From NCBI RefSeq assembly GCF_037042905.1, contig NC_087248.1:6572001-6636000 (forward strand): a DNA stretch of 64,000 nucleotides, read 5' to 3'. The stretch comes from Lytechinus pictus (lineage: Eukaryota). The position numbers and the translations under genes were made by a program. The notes under the pieces are model-generated. The model worked only from the letters and a program-made list of their open reading frames with translations. It ran no database searches and was not told where the DNA came from. This document shows, in pieces, positions 1-12,584 of this stretch (the stretch's first letter is position 1; each line of letters starts with the position of its first letter).

Positions 1-410
1 ATGAATATCTTACAATTTTGCATTAAATTACGGTCGTATTCGACTAGACGCTAAATATATACAGCATTCATTCCATTCAATTTTTCGTCGACCACAAAAT
101 GGATAAAAAATCAGTTTCGGAACTTAAAAAAATCTTAACTGACAGAGGAATACCGTGCAATGGAAAGCGTCGGGCAGAATGAGTGACTTTAGCAGAAAAG
201 GCCGTTAAACTGTATCGTGAAAGAGAGGGTTGTGATCACGAACTTTCCGAGCGAAAGCTACGTTGTGTTGTTGTGCATGACGGCACTGTTGATCTGAATG
301 GCAAAACAGTGCATTGGACTTCCGAACAGGAAGTTGTAATACCGAAAAAGCTATCCCATAATGCAATGCGCGTTACAGGGATTTTCCCGGATCTCGACGA
401 AATCGCTATT
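1..410. mobile_element. Possible right-hand part of an internally deleted DNA transposon (left end outside window)
   Basis: CpG-rich block with the SAP remnant, followed by a non-coding CpG-rich tail ending abruptly at ...gaaatcgctatt (410). No partner TIR is visible. Confidence 0.35.
99..323 (+). pseudogene. Disrupted ORF start with SAP-like domain, probably a transposon accessory gene remnant
   Basis: cacaaaATG at 99 reads MDKKSVSELKKILTDRGIPCNGKRRAE*VTLAEKAVKLY..., in frame with the 183-428 ORF. It matches the SAP pattern (V.ELK..L..RG....G.+AELV) with TGA at 180-182 where Leu is expected. Coding resemblance fades after about 323. Confidence 0.55.
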
Positions 411-426
411 TGGGGTAGCGAGAATT

Positions 427-586
427 AATCCTGCTGGGTACCCATTCACCTCACCTGGGTCGAGTGCAGCACAGTGCGGATAAATTTCTTGCTGAAGGAA
501 AACATGCCATGGTTTGGATTCGAACCCATGACCCTCTGTTTGAAAGGCGAGAGTCAGAAGTCAGAACCACTAGACCACGACGCGCC
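427..586 (-). mobile_element. tRNA-derived SINE (5' head and central domain)
   Basis: Minus strand starts GGCGCGTCGTGGTCTAGTGG (A box), has GGTTCGAATCC (B box), then ...ccttcagcaagaaattt...cccaggtgaggtgaatgggtacc, a typical SINE core. A 7-bp internal duplication (gtcagaa x2) is present. Confidence 0.85.
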
Positions 587-1922
587 TGTGTATAGGTGTA
601 TAACTAAATTTTACTTGTTGCTGTCCCCTAATATTGATGATTAATGCTTTATAAAGTACATGTATGCAAACAATTTCTTAGCATTTTATACAAGAGAATA
701 AAAGATGTTGATGTCGGGAAGGAATTCCAGGCATTGATTCTACACGAGTTAATTAGGTTTCGATAACTTTATTTTTATATTTATAACCTAGTAGCATACA
801 TCAGATAAAAAACATAATTAAACTTTGACAAAGGAAAAAGTACAGGACCTGCAATTGCCAATCACATTCACTATTGCTAACTACTTGAAACTACAATTAT
901 ATAGCCTACTGCATCTGTTAAATGATTGATAACTATAGCAATTTTTTTACATGAACCAAAGCAGTTCTTCCCAATTATACTTTTTATAGGTGTCAAACAT
1001 GTTAGAAAAAAAGAGTGTGAGAGTATTTATAACAATCACCTATTGTGTGCGTCATTAGGGATTAATATATGTTTTTCATTGAATGAATCATAGTTCTGTT
1101 CAAAGTACTTTTTGTTAGATATCATATCTGGCTTAGTTGCTATTTGATGACAAAGCTGTGGAGTAATTGCTCTCATTTAATCAGTGAATGCTGCATCCTC
1201 TTCCGCTTATTTGACGTTATGTCGCAGAGAGAAATGAAGGAGAAATGGTAGAGAAGAGGAATAAGAGAGGGACAGTGAGATAGAGAGAACTCACCCCTGC
1301 TGAAATACTAGTTTAGCTGGGTACATGTCTTTTTCATTGGCTGAAAGTTGAACTGGGAGAATTCATTTTAGACCGAGGTCATTCATAAACTGAGAAAAGG
1401 ATTGCATGTTGGTGCTCTCTTTTTATACATTAGGTTATTGTTTAAGTTATTTTAGATACTCAAGAAGTTTGAAGTGATCAGGATATAGCATTCCTCATGC
1501 AGCATCACGTGACTTTACGCATCAATTTTTGGGAAAAGGAATTACAGTTAGCAACAATGTATTATCATTGAATTATTTTTATTACATGCTATTGTCAATA
1601 ATTGAATGACATGCAATTTATATCATACATTAAATAGTTTGGTAAGACCCATGTGGTATTCCACATGCGAGTGTGTTTTCCTGAAATTCTTTTGTGTAGA
1701 TTAAAATATCTGTCACGCATTATAAAATCTGATCTGTCATCCATTAATAAATCCTAAGACCTTTAAATGTTTGTAGACATTGTTTTCTCTTCCCTTCTTC
1801 AGGTTATAATGAATGAAATGGGTCTCATTCCAAGAAAATAACATTTGAATGCTGCTTCGCTGATTTGCTACAAGAAAACATATGCACGAAAACCAGATCA
1901 CATAATGGAAATATATCATTAA

Positions 1923-3366
1923 AGGGATCGTTTAACTTTGTGAGCAGCTGATTTTAAAAATTCTCTAACTGAGTTGAAACGTGCGTATGAGTGCCTGTAT
2001 TTGTCCTCAAAAACCCTGAAACAGACCACAATATAGGATGAAAAACTCTAATTTAGATACAAGTAGCAATTTATTAGCCTGATTTTGAGAACCGTCTAGT
2101 AGACGGCTTCAGCTTATGACCAGTTTTCTCCAATTCAAAAAGTCCGTTGGCTATTTTGCCTGCCTTCTGTTGTGTGTATCTCCTATACACACACTATTAG
2201 CTGCACTGTACATTCAGTGTATACCTTGTACACACTGTATGTAGGTCATGCTGTGTTCATCTAGAATTAATGTGTTGTGGTGCACAGATTCCCTGTATAC
2301 ACATAAGGCGGTGCTGCACCATCCCGAGTTTGCTCAATCTCGAGATTTTAGCCCGATCAGCCCTCTTCGCGATTAATCTCGAGATTCAAGAAACCCCGTC
2401 TGCACCATCCCACGAGGAGCTATATCTGCTCGAGCGAGGCAACAAGCCCGATATTCCGGGCATGCGCACTTTCGGATCTTGGAGTTTCAACGGCCCGCGC
2501 TTTTGAATAACTTCCCGCGATATGCAAGCAATGAACTCCTTTCACTAGTACTTTCGCCGAATTCAACCGGTGTTATGCAACAATCCTTTCAGCTCAGCGA
2601 GTGAAGAAGTGATGTATTCTTCGTGAAATATGATGGCGGAGTAGGAGGCAACGACAGAGAGAGAGAGAGAGAGGGAGAAGGAGGAAAGAAATGCTATTTG
2701 CTCACATTTTGCGAAGGAATAAGACAACACTGCTGTCAGTGTTGTTATTGAATATGACCATCGTCGATGCGATGAGCGCCTCCCCCTTCGGTCTGGTCTC
2801 TCCCGGGGTCTCTCCCAAAATGCTTATGAACGCTATTCGCATGTATAAAGTTGACTTTCGCACGTGTTTATGTTTTGACCAAGGCGGAAGTGGAACGCGA
2901 ATTGCATTATGGACTGACGTCATGAATAAATTACCCCGAGTCCAATCTCGAGTGCGTCTGCACCGACGAATTAGCGGGATAATTCGTAAAATAGCGCGCT
3001 ATTTTGCAAATAAACCCGAGTTGACTTGGGATTGCAATCTCGAGATTAATCCTACGAACTAGCGCGATAATTGCGTCTGCACCGCCAACTATCTCGAGAT
3101 TTTTCAGATCGGGATAATTTGCCGGATCAGAAATAGCGCGCTAATTTGAAACTTCGGGATGGTGCAGACGGCCCTATAGTCATTGAAATCAACTCCCAAT
3201 TATTTCAAACTTTGGTTTACATCTCCAAGGTTTTAAAATTGATCATGTAAATATAATACTTTGAAACTTTTGGGATGGTATTTTTACACTATAAGCCTAA
3301 TGTTTAGCCCATTTTCAGGAACCAAAAGGAGAATTTTTTAAATCAGAACAAAGTGAAATGATCACT
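1923..3366. mobile_element. Non-autonomous TTAA-target element (Kolobok-like), split by a nested MITE
   Basis: TTAA at 1919-1922 and 3367-3370. TIR AGGGATCGTTTAACTTTG vs reverse-complemented right end AGTGATCATTTCACTTTG (15/18). Confidence 0.75.
2306..3174. mobile_element. CpG-rich MITE nested in the TTAA element
   Basis: Ends AGGCGGTGCTGCACCATCCCGAG and rc GGGCCGTCTGCACCATCCCGAAG; flanked by TA/TA (or ATA/ATA if 1 nt longer). Repeated CTGCACC and ATCTCGAGAT subterminal motifs; internal (AG)n at about 2656-2673. Confidence 0.8.
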
Positions 3367-3371
3367 TTAAG

Positions 3372-3565
3372 TCAGGGAATCACTTAAATCTGTGCCTGTT
3401 TGTATCATTACCACCTTTTCATTAAAAGAAATTGTTATAGTAACTAACAAATGCAAAATTTCTATAACAAATTTACTATCACTCAGCCAATCTGATTGAA
3501 ATATTTCAGTAGCTTTTAACTGTTCTGGCAAATTTGTTATCAATTTTTATGAAAAGACCTCTGGT
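3372..3565. mobile_element. Old degenerate MITE, related to 58072-58213
   Basis: Shares core agccaatc(t/a)gattgaa...atttcagtagctt(t/a)taac with 58131-58166; ends decayed. Confidence 0.4.
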
Positions 3566-5275
3566 GGCAAGTAATAATAGAAAAAAGAGTAAAATATCTA
3601 TGAGATGCAGAGCTTTTTGAAGATTATAAGTGCAGAAGAAGAAAAATCCCAATTCAAATTTCAATACTTATTTGAAAACACAAATATTGTACCAAAAGCA
3701 TGTTGTATTATTATTCATGCCCAAAGTAGGTATTCATTCTGGATTCACAGATTTATTGACGTGCTGTAGTTACCAGGAGCGGCATCACCGATTGGGGGGC
3801 ACCAAGCCCCTTAAGAATTCTCAAGAAGAGAAAAAAGAAAAAAAAGGGCAAGAAAGAATAGTACAAAAATGAGAGATCTGGGCCATGTTTATCTGTAATA
3901 TTACCCCTATAATTTAATTGAGATAAATGAGGTCTTCATTAGGTCATCCTGCCCCCCCCCCCCTTTCCCCAAAAAAATTCTTGTTCTACCCCCTAATATT
4001 GACTTCTAAAATCGTAGAGATTTTGTTCTAAACTATTACTTTAGAATACCTCGCATCCCAGCTTGGCCATCAGTAATTTCCTGTATAGTCTATTCAAGCA
4101 ATTGCAATTAGCGACATTTTGACTTTTGTTTTGGGGAAGGCCATGGACCTCCAAGCTCTTCTCTGATTATGGAGAAAGTTCAGTGATGTCATCCTGTCCA
4201 TAATTGCGCATTGGCTTCCTCATGTCATTGATAAGGACCTACTACACATCCCTATCAGAAACTTTCCAAGTAAAGGTACAATCATGGTAATAGCTCCTTG
4301 GTACTATCATACTATCTTGGATACAATCTACCTGGCTCGTCATCAACAACCGTCCCTCACCATCTGGTTACGCAGCTGTTAGTCAGTGTTGGGGATGGTA
4401 CTGAGTCCCTCTCGGCTTCATTTATCAGTTTGAGCTGGTGAGGATCACAAGTGCATATAGAAAGCTCTCGCTCTGACTGGAAAAAAAGTACACATCCTGT
4501 GCGTTCTCAGAAAAGAGCATCATGTGATTTTGTTATACCAGAACTCTGAGCTTATGTTGTTTACATTCTGCAGGAATAGCCTGAGCTGAGCATGCCATCT
4601 TGCAAGTAACCGGTAACTTGGAACATTTCACAACAATCTTAACCTTTTTCGGTGATGTGTTTATTATTTTTTGATATTTGAGCTTTGTTTATTGATTTTA
4701 TTTTATTGTTACAATCCACAGACCTGATGGACAGTTATATTGTGGTGGTGATGTAAACTTTCGATTTTGATTGTATAAGGTAGGAAACTTGGCCCAAGAG
4801 CAAACATTCAAGTATTTGGACTTCTGAAGAGCAAAGGACTTTCCACTTGTCTAATCCATCAACTCAATAATGGTGTCTCTATTCTTTAATAATAACTGCT
4901 TCAATCTCTGATCCATAATCCTTTTATTCTGTTTCCCCCCAATCCCTCAATTTGACTGGCTTTGTGGTCTCATTATTGCCACAAATTATTTCAAGCATTT
5001 CTAAGCGGTCCAAATATTGTTGTGCAGTATTTGGATTTGGGGAGAGTGAATAGGGAAGTTTGTGAATCGATGACTCTGACAGGAGTGAATTGAAAAGTTT
5101 GCAAGCGAGCATCATTTTTTTATTTGATATCAGCTCTGTTGTTCTTCATTACTAGAGATAAAATCTGAAATACACATTATGCACATTTGAAGTGCATTCA
5201 GCAACATTTTTATCAGAGATAAAGATTGTAACATACAACAGGCAGGCCTCTTGTGCTGTTTTCTTGTGCTGCAAC

Positions 5276-5596
5276 ATGTTTGGACGTAGGAAGTCGCGAC
5301 GCTCCCGCTCCCTTGAGCGGAAGCCCCGGCGAAAGTCGGTCCAAGTACGGTTCGCCGATGCCGAGAACGTTCCATCCAAGATCGAAATCTCTCGCCCAAT
5401 GCAAGTTCGTAGGTTGAAATCGTATTCGGGAGATGGATCGGACTTCATGGAAATACATCCAATCAGAGATGGATTAGAAGACAATGATAGCGTCTTCTCT
5501 ACAGAACCCTGTAAGAAAGAGAATGATAAACTTGGGAAGGAGAAAAAGGATAGTAAGGTACAGAGGAATAATGAAAGGAGGAGAAGCAGCAACACG
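5276..5596 (+). CDS. ATG-initiated coding exon (107 codons), probable alternative first coding exon of the RhoGEF-like gene
   Basis: gcaacATG context; MFGRRKSRRSRSLERKPRRKSVQVRFADAENVPSKIEISRPMQ...RRSSNT; GC/CpG-rich relative to flanks; ends at ACG|GTGAGT in phase 0, compatible with the 51171 acceptor. Linkage to the downstream exons is inferred. Confidence 0.75.
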
Positions 5597-8500
5597 GTGA
5601 GTTGTTAAATTCAATCCCAATTGAGCTTTCACTCGTGCTGATCACTGATCAGTCAAAATGCATGCAGTAAAACGCTGTTAAAATATTTTTGTTATGAATC
5701 ACTGTTTAGTATCTAAACCTTACAGTAGATGTTTAAATGGTTTATACAAGTGTAAAAATCTTGTACAACAAAGTTGAGTATTTGATATTTAATTCTCAAT
5801 TAATTGAGCATGGTTGTTTTTACTGTTAAACAACTTCTGTAAGGTAACTTCATAACAGTATTGTATACAATATGGCATTGGGCTTGACATAAAAGTTCAA
5901 ATTATCATATGATTATAACTTTTTTGGGGGGAGGGGTGCTGTGAATGTTAAATCTGCTTTGATCAGTTCAAGGAGATATCACTATCTCCTTGATCAGTTT
6001 CTGCAAAAAATGATGCAAGTATTATTGAAATGATAATAATCACTTAGAGATGGGTTAATCAAATAAATTGTGTTTATTTATTACTATTTCTGGAAGTGCA
6101 GGTTCAGTAGTTTTCCTTTGAGCATTATCTGGAAGCCAGAAGCAATGTTTTCATCATTCGATTGTCTGTCAATATCCGGGATGTTATCCTGTATAGTATA
6201 CACAGATGTACCCTTTTCATAACATGAAACTAATTACTTCTAGTTTTTATTGCTTCATCAAACAAAGCCTTAACTTGTATAGTTGTAAATAATGTTTATT
6301 CAGTATTGGATCAGAAGTCGTAGCCTCTTAGGGGAAAATCAATTTGTTTAGTTGTGAGAAGGGGGCTGTGTTCTCATGTTCTTTTGTGACTTGAAGAAGC
6401 CTTTGGACAAGTTTTGAGCAGATTCTGTTTTACAACTGCCAGTCTAATATTGCTCTGATTGAAAAATACTAATTCATCTTTCATATGTAGTAAAAGCAAA
6501 ACTTTTCTGGAGATACATGTAAGCCTGTAATAATAGATGAAATTAGATTTTTCTTGGACCAGGTGCGATGGGTGGGTGAAGGCATACATTTTTTTTTTCA
6601 TTGACTTCAAAATATGGCAATGCAAAGATTCAGATTTATTTCTCCTGTCCAGTGCAGAAGTCAGATAGACCTTGTTTGGTCCATAATATAATATAATGTA
6701 TATAATAATGTACGCCTAATCCCATTTCTAAAACTCTTTGAACTAATGTAACTAATAATGATTAAAACTTTCATAAAGCACAGCTATAAATCCTATAATC
6801 ATCTAGTATAAATAATATATAATCTACTGTGTTTACCATGGATGTGGGCCGTAAATAGTATATGGTTTACTTTAGATTAGAAATTTTGAACTTTTTTTCA
6901 AATTTAGTTCCTCATTGCTGGTGATATTTCAACATATCCTTTGTTTTGTATACATTTTGTGGTTGAATATTTCTCGTAATATAACCAATCACTATTCTGC
7001 GGTAGTGCGTGCAGTATCCTGAAATGTGCGAATACAGGATTTCCCTTCTCTCTGAATATGATACGATGGAGGAAAAGGGAAATAAGGAAAATGTAATTTT
7101 CACTGTGGCTTGGGAGGAAACTTGATAGTTGCCTTGTTAGAGAATGATTCCGTTCGGAGGATTACCTCGCTTTGATCCCATTCCAAACTGGCTCCTATGC
7201 TAAGCCTGCATTCTCTTAAAAACAGTCAAAGGAATTCATAAAAATATAAGGAAAAAAAAGGAAAATATGTATTTGTTGCCAAAATGGCATACAGACATAT
7301 TTGATACAGATTTATCTTTTCTTCGGCTCTGAATTATGAATAAAGCCTTAATTTTGCTTATTTCATTTTTACCATTGTTATCGAAAAGTTGAGTGTAGAA
7401 TATGTTCTCTTCTGTATATCTGCGGACAAAAATCAAATAATTTTACAATAGCTAACCAAGCATTTCTGAGTCATTCTCCGAATTTGTTTTTTAATCTTTT
7501 CTTGTGTATCATCCCAATTTGATAAGATAAGGAGTCTTCTGAATTGACATTTGCTGAATTTTAAATTCAATTGAACTATTTGAGGCCTCCATGCTGTCTG
7601 TATATTGAGATACAGAAAAAGGTAAATTAGTTGCCAAGTTGTGAATCACTTCGGTCTATTTATAAAACATAACAGTAAGATTTTATATTTCTGGCTGATG
7701 TTTGCTCCCTTTGCAATAAGAATCAAGTTTGGTTGCTCAGACATAATTTAAGCCTCAAAATCTCAATAAATTATTAAGTGGTGAAAAAATACAAAAAAAG
7801 GCATAATACTGGACTATGCCTACAATTAGAATAATTTCAGTTCCTATTTTAGAATTTTATTCTATCAAATTATCTTTGGAAACATATTTTTTTTAAGCAT
7901 TTCTTGTTCACATTTTTGAAAGAATTTTTTAAACGAAAGTTGAGGTAAAATCCTAAAATGTAGGCTGATACATGAAAATTACTGATGAAAATTTGATTTG
8001 AAAAACATGATTCTGTGGTAAAAAATAATGAAGGTTGGTGTCGGTCTACCTGTGGGGTAGGTGTACCTTTACTGTCTTGGCTATGGGAACAGTTGTTAAC
8101 AGGTGTGAATAGTAAACATAGGGAGTGTCAAAGTCTGTCTGCTTCATTACCCCTTCCTTCCCCTATCCTTCCCCTCTCCTTCCCCCCATCATCACCCCTT
8201 CTTGGCTTGTCTGACAGGGGGTGTTCCCATTATTCAAAATGAAAATTGTCCCTGTTCATCATTCTTGGGAAGTATAGGCCTACTGTTACAAGATTCTCTT
8301 CTTGAAAAAAGTTATTTCTATTTTTCAATTCTTGATGGAAATAATGTAATAAGAATAAATGGTTATTCTGAACAAAGAAATCTCATATCCTTTTTAGCTA
8401 GAGATGATATTATATTTGTTATATATTCTTGTTAGCATTCTTGGATAATGATGAAAAGGAAAACAGACTTTTAGCAAAGTGCTGATTTACTTTGACTTGT

Positions 8501-10115
8501 GAGAAGACATCCTTTGTTTACTACTAATATTAAGTTTTCTCACTTTCAGGTAATGGATACACCCTCTTGACCAATGAGAAATTCTTGGGGGTAGGGGGTA
8601 AGCTTCAACAGACTTGACACAAACCTGCAGGCACAAGATTTAGCCAAAGCCTTTCAAAGTAGGTCCTACTTCTGTCAAAAATATGGCCTGCTTAGTAGAC
8701 TTGAAAATTGATTTTTTTTTACCCTCACTTTATCCAGTTATTGATAGTTATTAGATTTATAAGAATTAAGATGTGGTCTTTCTTGTTGATTCAGTCCACT
8801 CAATACATTTTTTCCTGGAAAAGGGGGTGTTAAATGCCCCGACCACTTACAAGTAGTGCTGCCCTCACACTTGTCTTGTTGTCTAACTCCGCAGAAAATC
8901 TGTATAATTTTAATCAACTTGCATCTTTGGTTACATTTGTCCTGGAGCCATTTCCTAGTATGTGAAACACAACTTATGAATTCAATCATTCCCGCAGAAG
9001 TTTCAAGGATGACAAATACCTGTCTGGAAGATAAAGACTATTTGCTTCTCGAATATTAATTTACATTTTTTAATGTAAATCCTTGCAGTGGAGTAACAGC
9101 TGTTTGCTTCCATGCCTAATGGTCCCAGACAGGGGTTGTAAATTAAAAAGTCTGGAGGTATGGTTATGTTACAATGCTGATTCCTATGAGTAATAATGGC
9201 CTTCCATTGCACATGCCCAGATTGTGGAGGTGTTCGCACTTTTATTAAACAATGTTCAACATAACAATTGCCATGATGAATGAGATTTAGATTAAGTGTG
9301 AATTCGTTTATGCATGCATGGCATCATACTTAATGATAAACCAAGAATCATAATAAATTTGCGTGAAATCATTTACTAAAAGTTTATGTGGTTTATCACT
9401 TGGCTGATAAGGAAGACCTGGAAACAAAATAAAACAGAAAATAAAATCATAGGTCTAAAGGTTTGGTATTTTCCCCTATGTGTACCTAATATTTTCAAGC
9501 ATTATAACTACTAATGGTATTGCTATAAACATGCAGGCTGAATTCAGTCTGCAAGGCTGTATATAGGCTAGTCTTATGAAATGCATTTTGGAATTTAAAT
9601 TTAAAAACTTATAAATCACATATTCACTAGACTTTATGTCATTATTTGAAACCAAAATAAATGGTCTACTGGCATTGGCCCAATTTTAAGCATGATATTG
9701 GGGAGTGAGGACCCAGGGGAAAACAAAAACTGTGTTGGTTAAAATGTTTATTACGGTTTTTGTTTTGAAAGTACCCAATTTGTAAGTAAAAATAGAATAC
9801 ATGTATATATATATATGACTTCAGGAAGTTGAAGCTTTTGGGCCAGTTTCTAGACAGAGCCTCTCCAGTGCTGACTGAATTCCAGCCACTCCACAATAAA
9901 TCCTCTTCATTACAAACATGGGAACTTTGACCATGGCTTTTAGGATTTCTCATACTTTGCCAGATTGAAATTCTGATGGAGATGATAGCCGTGGGGATTA
10001 CATCATACACAGGACATGTGACATCTGCCCAACCCTTCTCCTGTCTGTAAATCACCCTTCAAAGAATTCCATATCCTCAAGGAATAGAATCTGATATCTT
10101 TGTGCATGCATGGGA

Positions 10116-10668
10116 TACCCTTTTTACACAGGATTTTCTTAGCCCCGGACTATCGCTAACCCCGTACTATCCTTAACCCCGTACTATTTTTTTTCCTTTT
10201 TACACATGCCAAATTGTGATTGCTAACCCCGGATAAGGAATGCTTGCTTTTCACACACGAAACTCGCTAACCCCGGACTAGTGGTTTTTGTCGATCATTC
10301 GTAGTACAAGTACTTCACTCGTACCTTTTTACACACGCTACAATTTCCTTAACCCCGTACTATAGGTGGGGCCAAATTGCCATTTAGCCCCACCTATAGT
10401 ACGGGGTTAAGCTTAGCCCACTTTCGTTTTACACTAGCGATCTTAACCCCGTACTATCGCTCTTAGCACCGCAATTGCTGGGATAACCCTGCTTTTTTGC
10501 AGGGCCAAATAATCCCGTACTAAAGGTGGGGTTAGCCCACTTTGCAAAAATGCTGTGTAAAAAGAAAGTGGGCTAAGCTTAACCCCGTACTATAGGTGGG
10601 GCTAAAAGGCAATTTAGCCCCACCTATAGTACGGGGTTAAGGAAATTTTAGCGTGTGTAAAAAGGGTA
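10116..10668. mobile_element. Foldback MITE with TAC termini and 3-bp TSD (Harbinger-like)
   Basis: TIR TACCCTTTTTACACA / TGTGTAAAAAGGGTA; GGA on both sides; many AACCCCG(T/G)ACTA repeats and two long hairpins. Confidence 0.9.
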
Positions 10669-12584
10669 GGAGAAACCCAATCAGAGTTTGGACAAAAAGT
10701 TATGAGGGCCATTCTAATACCCCCCCCCCAAAAAAAAAAAATGGCTTGTTGACACAAAGAAGTTACTCTTCATTTATTTTACACCCATAATGCAATGGGA
10801 CTTTTTCGAAAGGTGTGTTTGTATAAAACTTTGAGCTGAATCTGCCTAAAATTAAAGTCTTATCACTGATGATGTTTCTTTTTATCTTTTTTAAAATTAG
10901 ATTTTGAGATTTTTTGCATTGATATTCTCAACTTTGAGATTCTTCTTATGGGTCAATATCCTAAAACCTGCAGGAACCCTGTCATCCCTGTAGTACTATC
11001 CCTATGTGAGCTTTCAAAAAATAACATGTTAACATGCATGTTGTACAAGTACAAGGGCAAGAAGAACCTCTTTTTTCTGACCCCTCCCATGAAACTATTG
11101 CTGTAAATGGATGCCTGATGATGTTGATAGGCATCTTCCAGGTAGAAAGGTGTGAATTCCTATAGTGTGGGAAAGGTGTTGTCCATTGTTCTTAGCTTTC
11201 TTTGTAAGTGGACTGAAGATGTGTTTGTTATTGCAGCTTGAGTGGTGAGATGCCTTTCAAATGATGTTTGACAAAAATCTGGAGGTTTCTTTGATCTGTT
11301 CTGTTGACTGCTTTCCCTTTGATAGATAAGATGCCAGATAGGAAATAACTTAATTAAGCATGATCATGCTGCTGAAAACAAGTATGTCAGGTATGCACTG
11401 GGAACAGGTGAACCTCACAGAAGTTTACCTGCTACAAATTGGCTGTTTTCCATTCAGGAGAGAAAAAAAAAATAAAAAAACAAGATAAAGTGAGAGAAAA
11501 CAGCTTCCAAATGGTGTAAGAAATATTTCATAAATGTGTCTGTGAAAATAAAAATGCAACCATGTTGATAGAACTTGCTATAGTATTATTTTGGTAACTT
11601 ATCAAATCTTAGAACACAATGGATCCGTCAACTTAAGTGCATGCCTATACATGGCCTGTCAATAGCCTATTCGGGGGGGGGGGGGTATTGGGGCAAAAAC
11701 TCTGGTTTGTTAAATTTCAAACCAATGAGAAGAGTCAGAAGACCATATTTGTGTACGAATGGCCCATGCCTAGTAACATTCAGGCTCACAGATCAGCAAA
11801 GAATGGCATAACCCTGTAAAATAATACCCCTCAAAATCTTTCTCTGGATTTGATCAAGGATAATATTTGTAGTAAATATTTATGATTCAGTTGACAAGAC
11901 CTGTAAAACTTATTAATAACGACTGATTGCACAGGCAGGTGAATGGCATTCCTTCAGAAAGAGATTGTTTGGATGAAATTAATAATGAATTCAGTCACTA
12001 TAAACAATTCATCAAAATATGAAGGACGGAAAGAATCCTGACCAGTGTGGCTGACCAGACCATGGAAATGTCCAGTCCAATAACAGTGACCAACTGACCA
12101 TTCATGCAAAAATATATCTATTCACACTACTATGATTCTAATCCCTCATGATTTGATATGGATAAACTTTGCTTCATTGGATTTATTCTGACCTAAGCTT
12201 CTGCCGCACTTGTTTCCTTGATGTAAAGGTGAAGTCAACAATAAATCTTGGGGGTTTTTTTATTGATAAGATTTTGTACTGGTCTTGCCCCCCTCAAAAC
12301 TAATTAAATGATATTACTTTTTCCTCAGCTTTGTTTCTTGACCTTATTAAAAATAATGAGCTATTTCAATTAATCATTCTTTATTGGGTCATTCAGGGAT
12401 GTTAATCTAAGAATAGGCAAACCTCCTTGCTCCAAGCCTTGGACTTATCCAGAAGGGCTTTGACATGTGTAGACTAATTCCATTTTAGCTCCAAAAGCAC
12501 CAGAGACAAACCATGATAATAAAATTGCTCATCTAGAGACCTTGTTCACGTTCAAACCTTGATATCCGGTTGGTCAAAAATAAA

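Noticed and set aside
510-586. tRNA gene
   Set aside because: Has A/B boxes but no intact cloverleaf, carries an internal duplication, and continues into a SINE body.
2270-3062. ORFs of 73-123 aa
   Set aside because: Within a GC-rich MITE; no domain resemblance or splice support.
3774-3995. Degenerate CAGG...CCCCT element; similar fragments near 16640, 20084, 51500 and 63376
   Set aside because: Too decayed to define ends or TSDs.
4574-4779. Possible 5' UTR exons upstream of 5276
   Set aside because: AG/GT pairs exist but are non-diagnostic without transcripts.
5130-5595. Three minus-strand ORFs
   Set aside because: Antisense shadows of the + strand coding exon.
10140-10640. CRISPR-like repeat/spacer pattern (also 37980-38400 and the 17648-18455 array)
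   Set aside because: Repeats are in mixed orientation or tandem without unique spacers, are bounded by TIRs, and have no cas genes; eukaryotic context.
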